Shown here: positions 1-12,850 of the stretch, one piece after another | Numbering within the stretch: position 1 is the first letter of the stretch | Layout of the letters: every line of letters begins with the position of its first letter | Source of the DNA: Octopus vulgaris | Lineage: Eukaryota | DNA length: 64,000 bases | NCBI GenBank assembly: GCA_951406725.2 | Contig: OX597837.1 | Location: 35,278,001-35,342,000, forward strand | Direction: 5' to 3' | Made by a program: the position numbers and the translations under genes | The notes under the pieces: generated by a model | Seen by the model: the letters and a program-made list of their open reading frames with translations, nothing else | What the model was told of the DNA's origin: nothing | The model's database searches: none

Positions 1-299
1 TGTTTTGGAGCCTGAAGATATAAATTTTAGAGGTTGAGATTTTGATACTCTTGTTTTTAAAGGATTTCACAGAAGAAAATCAATTCATAATAATCAATGT
101 AAATATAAAATGAGGAATGGCAAACATGTTATAAATTAATTTTTCTTACATTATTCCAAATTTCAAGTGAACTGCGGAGCCTGAAGATGTAAATTTAAGA
201 ACTTCAGATTTTAAAGAATTTCGCTATAAAAAAATATATTCTTGAAAACATATTTGAAAATTTGTGTAAAAGTACTTTTTTCCACTCCATCCCAGTAGA

Positions 300-985
300 A
301 ATAGTAGTAGAAATAAGCTGCCCAGCAGATGTTAGCACAAAGTTAAAGATCAATAAAAAGAAAATACCTACACTGAACTATTGAGAAATCTACAGTTACC
401 CTATCCTGATTACAAGCTCAGGTTTTATACCTGTAATTATCGGGGCACTGGGATATGTAACACTGCCATCAGTTGTCAAGCAATGCTAGGGGGACAAACA
501 CAGACACACAAACACAGACACACAAACACATACACGCATATATATACATATATACGATGGGCTTCTTTCAGTTTCCGTCTACCAAATCCACTCACAAGGC
601 TTTGGTTGGCCCGAGGCTATAGTAGAAGACACTGATGTTGAAAAATTAGGCTTCTCGAAACCAGAAAGGACATAGTTGATTTGAAGACTACAGATTCAAG
701 CCATCACAAGAACTGTAAAAAATTTGTAAAATTTTACAGAAGTTTATTATCTAAGTGTATATGCACATGTCTAGACATGTAGCTATATGCGTGCAATTGC
801 ATACATGAAATACGATGTACAAATTTGCATATGCACTGACTCCAATTACTGCACATGTACATGCATACATGCAAAAATATATCCTGTTGATGTTGTTGAA
901 ATTCCAATGAAGGAGCCTTGGATCTAGGTCAGGGACTGACCCTTTCTCTGTTGGCAAGAAACCTTGAAATAAAACTGAATAATGA
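300..985 (+). mobile_element. 3' fragment of an RLE-endonuclease non-LTR retrotransposon (R4/Dong-like), interrupted by a SINE fragment (~467-632)
   Basis: Frameshifted reading VVEISCPADV...TYTELLRNLQLPYPDYK..FIPVIIGALGYV...LQIQ...TVKICK resembles the restriction-like endonuclease C-terminus. The 3' UTR ends in AATAAAACTGAATAAT. A second copy lies at 32378-32810. Confidence 0.7.
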
Positions 986-1018
986 CATACATACATACAT
1001 ACATACATACATACATAC

Positions 1019-1049
<31 letters not shown>

Positions 1050-1074
1050 CATACATACATACATACATACATAG

Positions 1075-1106
<32 letters not shown>

Positions 1107-1184
1107 TCAAAGTGTTAGTAGTAAGACAGAAGCAGCTCTGAAGGAGAAGACTCACATCTTCTGGGTTAGTTGCCAATAATAAAT

Positions 1185-1190
1185 ATCATC

Positions 1191-1222
<32 letters not shown>

Positions 1223-1265
1223 CATCACCATCATTATCATCATCATCACCATCATCATAATCATC

Positions 1266-1338
<73 letters not shown>

Positions 1339-1415
1339 CCATCATCATCATCACCATCATTATCATCATCATCATCATCATCATCATCACCATCATCATC
1401 ATCATTATTATTGTT
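1185..1415. repeat. (CAT)n microsatellite
   Basis: Direct reading; source of the poly-D/M/I ORFs. Confidence 0.95.
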
Positions 1416-1571
1416 ATTATTCATTATTTAAAATTCAAAATGATTCATGACAAACCCCGTTTGTTTCGGTCTAATGAACAAAATAAATGGCCTAATGAAT
1501 TTAATAGATGAAATGACAAGCTCATCCGAGCGAAATAATTGTCTTTTTGTCACGAATCACCCTAAATTGCA

Positions 1572-2056
<485 letters not shown>

Positions 2057-2059
2057 TAT

Positions 2060-2350
2060 CGCAGTATCAATCAGACAATCAGATACTGTTACACCCCACT
2101 GGTTGGAACATGTTTCCAATTCTGTCTTGATTGCACAATTTGTTTCCATCTTGACCCAAATCACTTAACTAAATCATCTTCACGTCGTCATGGAGACCTT
2201 CCAAGAGGCCTTTTCTGATCTCTTGGCATAACACTTGGCAACTGCATGGGTCCACTGGACTTTTGCATATCTAACCCACCGGAACTTTTGCTTTAGGTGT
2301 TCTGTAATCGTATCGTTCATTCCGCTCCATTCTCAACTTATCACAGAGAA
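2060..2350 (-). mobile_element. Decayed RTE-clade LINE 3' fragment
   Basis: Minus-strand reading across shifts: KQKFRWV...QWTHAVAK...PRDQKRPLGRSP*RREDDL...GSRWKQIVQSRQNW, typical of the RTE C-terminal W..P...R..GRP..RW.D motif. Confidence 0.6.
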
Positions 2351-2384
2351 TATGTGCCGATATATTGATATGTGTATATATGTC

Positions 2385-2860
2385 CGCCTCGACTGGCTTC
2401 CGTGCCGGTGGCACGTAAAATGCACCAATCCGACCGTGGCCATTCCCAGCCTCGCCTGGCACCTGTGTAGGTGGCACGTAAAAAGCACCCACTACACTCA
2501 CGGAGTGGTTGGCGTTAGGAAGGGCATCAAGCTGTAGAAACATTGCCAGATAAGACTGGAGCCTGGGGCAGCCTTCTGGCTTCCCAGATCCCTGGTCGAA
2601 CCGTCCACCCCATGCTAGCATGGAGAACGGACGTTAAACGATGATGATGATGTCCACTCTGTGATGGGTCGCTCTGTGGAGTGGTTGGCGTTAGGAAGGG
2701 CATCCAACCATAAAAACCGTCCCAAAACAGACACAGAAGTCTGGTGCAGTCTTGTACCTGGCCTGCTTCTGTCAAACCATCCAACCCATCCAGCATGGAA
2801 GGCAGTCATTAAACGACAACGACAATGATGACAACGATGATGATGATGATGATGATAATG
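2385..2860 (+). mobile_element. Two partial copies of SINE family D (internal GTGGCACGTAAAAAGCACC units; 3' tail ...CCCATGCTAGCATGGAAAGCGGACGTTAAACG(ATG)n)
   Basis: Same sequence recurs at ~6345-6750(-), 11557-12135, 13895-14060(-), 27530-27890, 29095-29260(-), 37470-37660, 38500-38800(-), 39765-40050 and 41630-41865(-). Confidence 0.8.
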
Positions 2861-2961
2861 ATGTGAGTGCAAGGACTTAGAAATTTCTGGCTTTGTACCG
2901 AGGTGCACTTTTGGCCTACAAAGTAAGACTTTTGTCAGCCACTCCCCAGATATTTATTTAA

Positions 2962-3101
2962 CCTTTTCGTCACTGTATTTATTTTGAGATGCTCTAAATT
3001 GTGACTAAGGTTTGGTGGAAGATTTTAATTCAGAACTTTTGAAAACAAGACATTTGTATTCAAATCCAGAGCCAGTTTCAGCCAGGTTGGTATCAAAAGG
3101 G
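2962..3101. mobile_element. piggyBac-type MITE (internally deleted copy)
   Basis: TTAA|CCTTTTCGTCAC ... GGTATCAAAAGGG|TTAA; shares internal sequence with 3226-3437. Confidence 0.7.
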
Positions 3102-3225
3102 TTAAGAGAAGCTATTTAAGAAAGGAAGAATGATTTTATTGCTGCTGAGGTCATCTTCACCTTTCATATCTTCAACATCAATATTAATGGGATCTGTGGA
3201 AATTCCACAGAGTGAAAAAGATTAA

Positions 3226-3437
3226 CCCTTTTGTTACCATATTTCTGTTGCGGTGCTCTGTGTTTATTTCAATTAATTTTAAATATAACAAAGAATTTAG
3301 TAAAATAACTTAATTATTCATTAAGTTAGTGTTAGGAACATAATTTGTGACTAAGGTTTGGTGGAAAGTTTTAATTCAAAACAAGATATTTGTACTCAGA
3401 GCCAGACCCTGTTTCAGCCAGTTTGGTAACGAAAGGG
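3226..3437. mobile_element. piggyBac-type MITE
   Basis: TTAA|CCCTTTTGTTACCA ... TGGTAACGAAAGGG|TTAA: terminal inverted repeats with a TTAA target duplication. Confidence 0.85.
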
Positions 3438-3444
3438 TTAAAGC

Positions 3445-4086
3445 TACATATGACTATGGTACCTCCACACTTAGAGTTTGCATCACCAGTCTGGAACCCC
3501 TACCTTGCTCAGCATATCAATCTCATGGAAACTGCTGATCAGAAATGTGCAACCAGACTTTGTCCACCGTCAGGCATCTACCATACTTTAAATGCCTTGA
3601 TTCCTTGGGTATGGGCACATCAAAGCTCTGACATTTGGTAACTGACTTCCTAGACACCCACAAGATTACCCACCATCTTTCCAACAACAACCTTGGGCAC
3701 CTTTTTGAATTCCACATGTCAAACACTCATAGACATATGCTTACAAAATCAAAAAACAACACAGCACCCATGACTTTCAGGAACATTTTTTCCACGCTCA
3801 GAATTGCTGAAACATGGAACAAACTACCTGTGTCAGTTGTTAGCTCTCGAGACACTACATCCTTCAAAGCATCTGTGCTTCCCGAAATTCACCAACAGTA
3901 CACCTGATGCCCCCCACCTTTGTTTCTTTTTTCTTTTGTACACTCATTCACCGTTTGCATCCTGTGCATATTCTATGTCCTGTTTATGTAGTTTTGATTA
4001 CTTTTTCTGAGGAGCTGTAGTGCACCTGAGCACTATATCCAAGTTCATTACTATTATTATTATTATTATTATTATTACTATTATTA

Positions 4087-4125
<39 letters not shown>
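3445..4125 (+). mobile_element. CR1/L2-group LINE 3' fragment with (TAT)n tail
   Basis: PHLEFASPVWNPYLAQHINLME..QKCATRL and RIAETWNKLPVSVVSS...SFK are typical post-RT motifs of CR1-group LINEs; frameshifted. Confidence 0.75.
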
Positions 4126-4129
<4 letters not shown>

Positions 4130-4199
4130 AAGTTGATTAGATTTCCAGTAGAACAAAACAGGAATCAAAGGTAAAAAAATGGTTGAGAATCACTGGTCT

Positions 4200-4922
4200 A
4201 CTTTGATGAGATTTGACCAAGCAAGCAGATTGGACAAAGAGGTTCAGTACAATATCCACCATATTCACCAGGCCTCACATCACTGGACTTATTTTTATGA
4301 GGATATTTAAAAGATAAAGTTTATGGTAAAAAAAAAACCTGCAACAATAGACCTAAGTGAGGGCAGCTATTGACCGTAAATACATCCAAAAGCTGGATGA
4401 ATTATTTCTTAATGTTTGTGATTCTATTTCTTCATGTCATTGGCACCACCAGGACCAAAACAATCATCAGTTTAAAAACAGGTGGTCATGAAAGAATTAA
4501 ATTCTCTTTTTCAGATTCTGTTAAATTTTGAAGTGGAGGCACATGGCCTAGTGGTTAGAGCAGTGGACTCGCGGTCGAGGGATTGTGGGTTTGAATCTCA
4601 GACCGGGTGATGTGTGTGTTTATGAGCGAAACACCTCAGCTCGCGGCTCTGGCAGAAGGTAATGGCAAACTTCTGCTGACTCTTTCGCCACAACTTCCCC
4701 TCACTTTTTCCTCCTGCATCTTGCAGCTCACCTGCAAGAGACCGGCGTCCCATCCAGGTGGGGAACCTATACGCCAAGGAAACCGGGAAACTGGCCCTTA
4801 TGAGCCAGGCATGGCTTGAGAAGGAACAAACATAAAATTTTGTAATAAAATTAATTTTTAATAAACACTGACTTTATAATTAATCATTCAACATGTATAT
4901 GCATTTTTTTGGAGACACTCTG
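4200..4922 (+). mobile_element. 3' part of a decayed Tc1/mariner-superfamily transposon, with a SINE inserted at ~4535-4830
   Basis: IGQRGSVQYPPYSPGLTSLDLFL*GYLKDKVY matches the WIGRxG...PxSPDLTPLDFFLWGYLKxKVY motif; right TIR TTTTTTTGGAGACACTCTG followed by TA. Confidence 0.7.
4535..4830 (+). mobile_element. tRNA-derived SINE, family C head (GGAGGCxCATGGCCTAGTGGTTAG...GTTxGAATC)
   Basis: A-box/B-box tRNA-like head. Related heads at ~13128, 36517, 40872, 45268, 52860, 54966 and 10215-10540(-). Tails differ between subfamilies. Confidence 0.8.
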
Positions 4923-5485
4923 TAAATGTAAATGTATATATCACCTAACTGTCTGGATGTTTTGTGTTCTTGTCCCCTTTTGTATTTTAGATATATATAT
5001 GTGTGTGTGTGTGTGTGTATGTGTGTGTATGTGTGTGAATGTATGTGTTTGTGTGTTATGTTTTATCATGCGAGCAGTAACCATGGAAAATTCTACTGCT
5101 GTATAATTAATATTATTGGAAATGTGTTGAAAGCAAAACATGTTACAAACTATTTAAATAATATTAATTATAGAACCTAATCAAAGATATTAATCTGTAA
5201 CATCACCTTCATACGCTATGTTTGTGTTTATAAAGCTTCAGGAAATTCTAGTACCGTACACTTCATCAGTATTTTCATAAGAGCAAAAGTATGCATGACT
5301 AGTCTGGAATCCACTGTGCTGCTGAACAAAGTACAGTTATAGTACTGTTTGGTAGTACTGATAGAATAAGTACTAATCTTACAAAGAATAAGTCCTGCAG
5401 TCAATTTGCTAGACTAAAGGCGGTACTCCAGCATGGCCACAGTCAAATGACTGAAACAAGTAAAAGAATAAAAAAAATATATATA

Positions 5486-5885
5486 GGAGTGGCTGTGTGG
5501 TAAGTAGCTTGCTTACCAACCACATGGTTCCGGGTTCGTTCCCACTGCGTGGCACCTTGGGCAAGTGTCTTCAACTATAGCCTCGGGCCGACCAAAGCCT
5601 TGTGAGTGGATTTGGTAGACAGAAACTGAAAGAAGCCTGTCGTATATATGTATATATATGTATGTGTGTATATGTTTGTGTGTCTGTGTTTATTCCCCAC
5701 CATTGCTTGACAACCGATGCTGGTGTGTTTATGTCCTCGTAACTTAGTGGTTCAGCAAATGAGACCCATAGAATAAGTACTGGGCTTACAAAGAATAAGT
5801 CCTGGGGTCGATTTACTCGACTAGAAGGTGGTGCTCCAGCATGGCCACAGTCAAATGACTGAAACAAGTAAAAGAATAAAAGAAC
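5486..5885 (+). mobile_element. SINE family A (tRNA-like head + CORE-like ACCTTGGGCAAGTG + internal (TA)(TG) tract + ...CTGAAACAAGTAAAAGA tail); representative copy
   Basis: More than 20 full or partial copies in the window on both strands. The central segment resembles the CORE domain of CORE-SINEs. Confidence 0.85.
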
Positions 5886-7499
5886 ATATATATATATGTA
5901 TATCTAGAATTAATGAGGGAAACAGAAAATAGATTTATTCAACACAGCCCACATACTACGAGAGAATACAACATACCTGGAGGGAACCAATATATATATA
6001 GGGGGATATTTTTTATACTAAACACCTGAGGAGATACACACTGCACTGATTGATGCAACATAACTGGATGCAGAATATCCTACCTGTAAGGGACTCTTGC
6101 AGGATGGGTCTAAACAATTGTTGCATTGAATAAAGATTTGTACCAAATCCATTTTATGTTTCTCTCGTTAATTATAAACCAAACGAACACTGCAGAATTC
6201 CTGACGTAGATATAGTGGAAACAAAGTGGATGACATCAGATAGCCCAAACAATGGTTGTGCTTTAAGCAGCATACTAATACAACCCATGCCAGCATGGAA
6301 AACGGATGTTAAATGATGATGAGGATGATATCATCATCCTCATCATCATCATCGTTTAGCGTTCGCTTTCCTTGCTAGCATGGGTTGGACGGTTCAACTG
6401 GGGTCTGGGAAGCCAGAAGGCTGCACCAGGCCCAGTCTGATCTGGCAATGTTTCTACGGCTGGATGCCCTTCCTAACGCCAACCACTCCGTGAGTGTAGT
6501 GGGTGCTTTTTACGTGCCACCGGCACAGGTGCCAGGGGAGGCTGGCAAACAGCCACGATCGGATGGTGCTTTTTACGTGCCACCGGCATGGGGGCCAGGC
6601 GAGGCTGGTAACGGCCACGATCAGCTGGTGCTTTTTACGTGCCACCGGGTCGAGGCCAGTCAGGGCGGTGCTGGCAACGGCCACGTTCGGATGCTTCTCT
6701 TACATACCACCGGCACTGGTATCACAGCTGCAATTTCCATTGATGTTGATCGATATATGTTCTTTCTTCTTTTTCTTTTATTTGTTTCAGTCATTTGACT
6801 GTGGCCATGCTGGAGTACCGCATTTAGTCGAACATATTGACACTGGAACTTATTCTTTGTGAGCCTAGTACTTATTCTATCATTCCCTTTTGCTGAACTG
6901 CTAAGTTACGGGGACATAAACATACCAACATCAGTTGTCAACACAGACACACAAACATATGCATCTTGATAATATTAAAACTCTAGAGATGTTTGTGTGT
7001 ACCTGAAATATCTCAGAAATAGTATATTTTATTGTATAAAAGATCATGGGTAAGGCCAAAACAGTATATTTAATCTTAATTTTTTTGCATATTTATTTTC
7101 ATACTTGCCTTCGGCAGTGCAGTACAAATTTTTGTGATATCTGGGACTCTATTTGTTAAGGAAAACAATTAAACATAATTTTTGTTTGTTATTTCTTGAC
7201 GCAAAAAAATACATCACTTCCATGATGTCAACACATACACACATATAATGAATGTCATGGCATGTCAATCAACACAAACATACGGCTATCTGTGACATAG
7301 ACACTCACATAATCTTCGTGCTCTCTAAGAAAAAAACATCAACTTTTTGACGTACACAATATTTTAATCATTCAGAAATATTTCTAAGTGAAAGTAATTT
7401 CAAAAATGTAAGTTGTTTGTATAGTAAGTATTTTATATTTCAGCTTTCTTTAAACAGACAATATTTTAATGTTTTTTTAAAAATTATTTTCAATCAAGT

Positions 7500-8342
7500 G
7501 AATGACACTCTTTCACTTGTCATCTGGAGTTCGTTAATTTCTGTAAAAAATTGTATTTATTTTTGTTTTAAAGTGAAAGAGAGGAGAAAATGAAAGACAT
7601 ATGACCATGTGTATGAAATGGATGTGTGTGTGTAAGAAAGAGAGAGAGAGAGGAAGTAAGAGAGTAAGAGAGAGAGAGAGAGAGAGAGGAAGTAAGAGAG
7701 TGAGAGAGAGAGAGAGAGTGAGTGAATGTGTGTGTTGTCATGTATACATACATACTTTAATACATATGTGTACATCATTTTTGTATGTACGTGTGCATAT
7801 GTCCGTGAGATAGAGAGAGAGAGAGAGAGTGAGTGAGTGAATTTGAGTGTTCTCATCCATGTGAAAGTGGCACTCTCTCTCCTTCTCTCTTTCACATACA
7901 CGTTCATAAATCTTTCACTTCCTCCTCTCTTTCACTTTAAAACAAATGTAAATGAATAAAAATTTTTTACGGAAATTAACGAACAAACCAGCTGATCCAG
8001 ATGACAGTTCTGAGAGTCAAAGCGAAAGATCACTCCAAGGGAATACCATTACAAATAATTTGTATTCAGCGAATCTCAACTCGAAAGATTTGGCTGCTAT
8101 TTATGGCACATCCTGCTACCACGTAACAGATATATGCGATAAAAGACTCGAAATACCTGTTACATGGTAGCAGGGCATGCAAGAAATAGCAGCCAAATCT
8201 TTCCTTTTCTGTGGAAAGGAGCTGTTTATGCGTGATTTCTATGTCACATTCGTTGAAAGCATGCGAAATAATCTGGCAAAGAAAAAAACCCCACAAAACA
8301 AAACTCCATTGCTGGGAAACTCAGACTTTCCAGGTGACCCAA
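7500..8342 (+). mobile_element. Non-autonomous Helitron-like element (3' part) with internal inverted repeats
   Basis: Inverted repeat ~7515-7600/7905-8005 and hairpin ~8085-8203. The 3' part is homologous to 37980-38260, which ends in a GC hairpin + GTAGT. 5' boundary uncertain. Confidence 0.45.
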
Positions 8343-8986
8343 TATATATATATACAACGGGCTTCTTTCAGTTTCCATCTACCAAATCCACTCACAAGGC
8401 TTCGGTCGGCACAAGGCTATAGTGGAAGACACTTGCCCAAGGTACCATGCAGTGGGACTGAACCCGGAACCATGTGGTTGGCAAGCAAACTACTTACCAC
8501 ACAGCCACTCCTGCACCTATATATATAAACATTTGAACTCCACCTTCCCTATCCTTCCCCATCCCTTACACCCACTCCCACATACCTCACCTTTACCCCC
8601 ACCCTTGCTTTCCCCACTCCCACCTCCCCCACATCCCAACACTATCACACCACATCACGCACCACTACACCTTACACCACCATACTACACAACACATCAT
8701 ATCACAACACACCACACACACACATCAGCACTGACCACTTCCCAGACCCACATTTTCACACCTACACATACACACATGCACACGTCAAGATCACCAGTCC
8801 TCTTCCACACACACATACAAACTCTCTTATACACACGCACACGCACCTTCGTTTTGGGATCACCACCACTTTATTATCTCCCCTTCTCCTTAGCTCTCCT
8901 GTGTGACCCTTCTGTCTGGCCTTCGCCATGATGGATCGCTAGCCACTACACACTCTTTATTTTCTCTCCTTGTTTCTTTCTGTGTT

Positions 8987-9024
8987 TCTTTCTGTGGAAG
9001 AGCATAGGCTCGAAACATTAAAGA
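8987..9024 (+). ncRNA. Minimal type I hammerhead-like motif (A6U core variant) in a Penelope-like terminal segment
   Basis: TCTTT-CTGTGGA-A-GAGC(ATAG)GCTC-GAAAC-ATT-AAAGA; homologous copy at 34133-34170(-). Confidence 0.5.
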
Positions 9025-10814
9025 CTTTTTCACTTCCTGAGCATTAAATTAATATGTCTGTTTGTTGTTTACACCACCTGTCTTCGTCTTTTGCTTTTTT
9101 GTGAATTCTCCCTATATATATATATATAAGCGAGGGGGAGAAAGAGAGGTAGGGAGGGGGAGGGGGAGAGAGGGGGAGGGGGAAAGAGATATTAGACATT
9201 ATTAAATATTTAATACATTCAAAATATTTTGTAGTCTCTCCTGATTGATTGTGGTCAGTTGAGAAAAAACAGCCTTCCAGAACACCTTATCACCTTAAGA
9301 CGTGCACACACACATACACATGCACACACACACACACACACACATGCACATATATAAAAAGGTGAGGGTGAGAAAGAAGAAGAGAGAGGCAAAGAGACGT
9401 GTAGTCAGAGAGAGATTGATAGATATTGTAAGAAATCAATTAATAGATAGCAAGATTAGATTAAGAGACAAATATATGTCTGAATTGATTAAATAATAGA
9501 TGGAGTTGGGGTGAGGTTAGGTGGAGTGTGGATGGGTGGCGGATGGGGAGTAGGTGGAAGGGAACGTGTGGTGGTGGTGATGATGGTGGGTGATAAAGGG
9601 TGGGAAGGTAGGGAGAGGTAAATGGAAGTTGGACAGGTGGAGGAGTGGAAGGAGAATTGATGGAGGCTTTGTAGGTGTAGGCTGGATGGGTGGAGGCTGG
9701 ATGGGTGGAGGCTGGTCAAGTGGGGGGATGAAGAAATGGACAGGTGAGGGTATAGAGTGGACGGTGAGATATGTAGGCGTTGGGTCAAGAGTTGTAGGGG
9801 GATTGGGAGCAAGGTGGGCAGGTGAGACAGACGGCTGGATAAGTGGCACGAAAATGGGGTCAGTGCTTGCAACCGGACCTTATTTTAATAGGTGGAGGAT
9901 GAGTAGGTCGAGGTGGACAGTGGGTGTATGGGGGATAGGTAGGTGTTGAATGAATAAGTGGAGGGGTGGGCAGGTGGATAGATTGGTGGGGGTTTAGTAG
10001 GTGGGATGATAATGCGGGTGGGGCTTGCAACAGGACCATATTTTGATTTAATTAGCAAATATGTTTCACTCAAACCAATCAAGTTTCCAGAGCTTGGTAG
10101 GAAGAAAGAGTTCCTTAATATTGATCCATCATCCCTGAGGTGCCTTCCACAGGAAGTCACCTTTCATGGAAGGTAACAAAAAATTTCTGTATTTTCTGGC
10201 ATAAAGAGTAAGGGCAAAACCCCTTTCAATCATGAATGACCATGGGATTGCACCTAGAAAGTTCCTCTCCCAGGCACAAGTCTGGGAAAGGTTGTTTATG
10301 GAAGACCATCAGTCATCCATGCATACCAGCATCCCCTCTCCACGCCACCAATGTTATCCAAGGGAAAGGCAAAAGGGGCTGATCCAGCTTGGCACCAGTG
10401 ACAACTCCTTTCTACAGCTGAGTGAATTGGAGCAACATGAAATAAAGAGTCTTGCTCAAGAACACAACACACAGCCTGGCCAAGGAATCGAACCCTCTAC
10501 CTCATGATTGTGAACCAGATGCTCTAACCACTGAGCCACAATTTAACCTTTTAGCATTCAGATTGTTTTGACTTAATCAAGCTTTATCTCATAGCTTCGA
10601 AATCTTAATGATGTGATTGTATATTTTTACAATGGTAAGGTAGGTGTGAAAAATTAAAAACTTTCTTGACAACCTAATATTATTTTATTGTCTTTGCACA
10701 GCTTCTAACACTGGAGCTGTACTATGGTGTCAGCTGTTCACTACCAGGATCCTTTCTACTACAGGCGCAAGGCCTGAAATTTTGGAGGAGGGGACTAGTC
10801 CACTACATCGACAC

Positions 10815-11530
10815 CTAGGTTTATTTTCTATTATGTGTGTAGCTTCTGTAATTTGACAAATTCCTAGCCTGAATAGGAAACTAGAATGGAACACTAGCAC
10901 ACACCACAACATATGACAGTAGAGGATACCGAAAACATAATAAATACACAGATAAATAAACAAATAGAAATAAATAACTATATAAGTTGGGTTTTTTTTT
11001 TATTATTATTATTACTAGTATTGTTGTTATACATACATACATACAAGCATACGTAATGATAATAATAATAAGTGGATGTAAACACATGAACAAAATAAGA
11101 ATAAACAAAAACAACCACAACAAAAACAAATTACATGAATGTATATAAACAGAAGATACAAATATTACAGGCACCCCCCCCACACACACACACACTAAAT
11201 AAATATAGACGCACATAGAGATATAAGCATGCGCAAATGAAGACATACAATAGAAATACAAAATGGCTGACGGTTAGTAAGGAGAGACACAAATAAGAAA
11301 GAAGAAAACAAAGGTCCACTGATGCGGTCACAGGAGTGTGACGAAAGAACTCTGGCCGAAATAAGATTAAGATTAATGTAAAAAATAAATATCACTGAAG
11401 CAAAATAACACCAAATATATAGTGCGTGTGTTTTTATTGGCTAAACTGGCAAAATGACCATTCCGAAATATAACAATATCTGTTTCAACACACGACTTCA
11501 CATAAAAAATCTTGCACAACAAATATATAA
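10815..11530 (+). mobile_element. Penelope-like element 3' fragment with 5' inversion
   Basis: Homologous to 23985-24815. 10815-10855 is the preceding GIY-YIG segment (QITEATHIIENKP) in inverted orientation, followed by the forward segment from 10863. Confidence 0.7.
11313..11357 (+). ncRNA. Type I hammerhead-like motif (A9C variant) in the Penelope-like 3' region
   Basis: GGTCCA-CTGATGC-G-GTCAC(AGGAGT)GTGAC-GAAAG(AA)CTC-TGGCC; second copy at 24151-24195(-). Confidence 0.55.
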
Positions 11531-11556
11531 ATAATAATAATAATAATAATAATAGG

Positions 11557-12135
11557 GTGACCTGCTGTGCTTGAGGAGACCTGTTGAGTCAAGTACATCA
11601 ACATCAAAATAAAGATCAAATGGAAATTGTAGTTGTGATACTTGTGCTGGTGGCACGTAAAAAGCACCATCCAAACATGGCTGATGCCAGTGCTTCCTTG
11701 ACTGACTTCCGTGCCAGTGGCACATAAAAAGCACCAATCGATGGTGGCTGTTGCCAGCCTCCCCTGGCACCTGTGCCAGTGGCACGTAAAAAGCAGCAAT
11801 CGATCATGGCCATTGCCAGCCTTCCCCGGCATCTGTACCAGTGGCACGTAAAAAGCAGCAATCGATCATGGCCATTGCCAGCCTTCCCTGGCACCTGTGC
11901 CAGTGGCACGTAAAAAGCACCAATTGATCATGGCCATTGCCAGCTTCCCCTGGCACGTAAAAAGCATCCACTACACTCACGGAGTGGTTGGCGTTAGAAA
12001 GGGCATCCAGCTGTAGAAACACTGCCAGATCAGACTGGAGCCTGGTGCAGCCTCCTGGCTTCCCAGACCCCGGTCGAACCGTCCGACCCATGCTAGCATG
12101 GAAAACGGACATTAAATGATGATGATGATGATGAT
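11557..12135 (+). mobile_element. SINE family D copy with six tandem internal units (~62-nt period)
   Basis: GTGGCACGTAAAAAGCA at ~11650, 11717, 11779, 11841, 11903 and 11951, then the family tail and (GAT)n. Confidence 0.85.
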
Positions 12136-12611
12136 GAATAACAATAACAACAACCAGTGATATTCCTCCTTGTCTTCAAACAGCTTCACTTTGGACTGAC
12201 TGCAGGATTAATATTAAACAGGTATCAATAACAGAGGACATTGGCAACCAGATTACCAGCAACGAAATTGTCAAAACAGCTTCATTTCTTTTGTGGTTGA
12301 GAAAGTTGTAAGAGAAATCCATTAGTGTTCTATCAAACTAAATATGTCTTCGTTAAGTCATTAACAGTAATTATGGGCTATTTACAGATCACTTTTCAGT
12401 CTAGGCAATGCCAGGCATTCTGCTAGTGCATAAATATACATATGTATGTTTCTATGTATGTATGTATGTATGTATGTATGTATGTATGTATGTATGTATG
12501 TGTGCATGTATATGTATATATATATGTATATGTATATATATATATGGCTGTCTATCTATCTATGAATCTGTTTGTCTATGTGTCTGTATAATATACATAT
12601 ATGATAAACTG

Positions 12612-12705
12612 ATGTGTGTGTGTGGTGTGTATGTGTGGTGTGTGTGGTGTATGTGGTGTGTGGTGTGTGTGTGTGGTGTGTGTGTGGTGTGTGGTGTGTG
12701 TGTGT

Positions 12706-12774
<69 letters not shown>

Positions 12775-12850
12775 GTGTGTGTGTGTGGTGTGTGTGTGGT
12801 GTGTGTGTGTGTGTGTGTGTGGTGTGTGGGTGTGGTGTGTGTGTGTGTGT
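12612..12850. repeat. (TG)n / (TGTGG)n compound microsatellite
   Basis: Direct reading. Confidence 0.95.

Noticed and set aside
6020-6130. Possible hammerhead (CTGAGGAG at ~6026; AAACAATTGTT at ~6112)
   Set aside because: The core halves and stems could not be assembled into a consistent fold; at best a decayed Penelope-like terminus.
9490-10050. Purine-rich block with ORFs and G-runs (also 9130-9185)
   Set aside because: Low-complexity sequence. A duplicated CTTGCAAC.GGACC.TATTTT motif suggests a repeat remnant, but neither coding nor G-quadruplex function can be supported.
11640-11975. CRISPR-like array of GTGGCACGTAAAAAGCA units
   Set aside because: The intervening sequences are copies of each other rather than unique spacers. 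The array is internal to a multi-copy SINE, there are no cas genes, and the context is eukaryotic.
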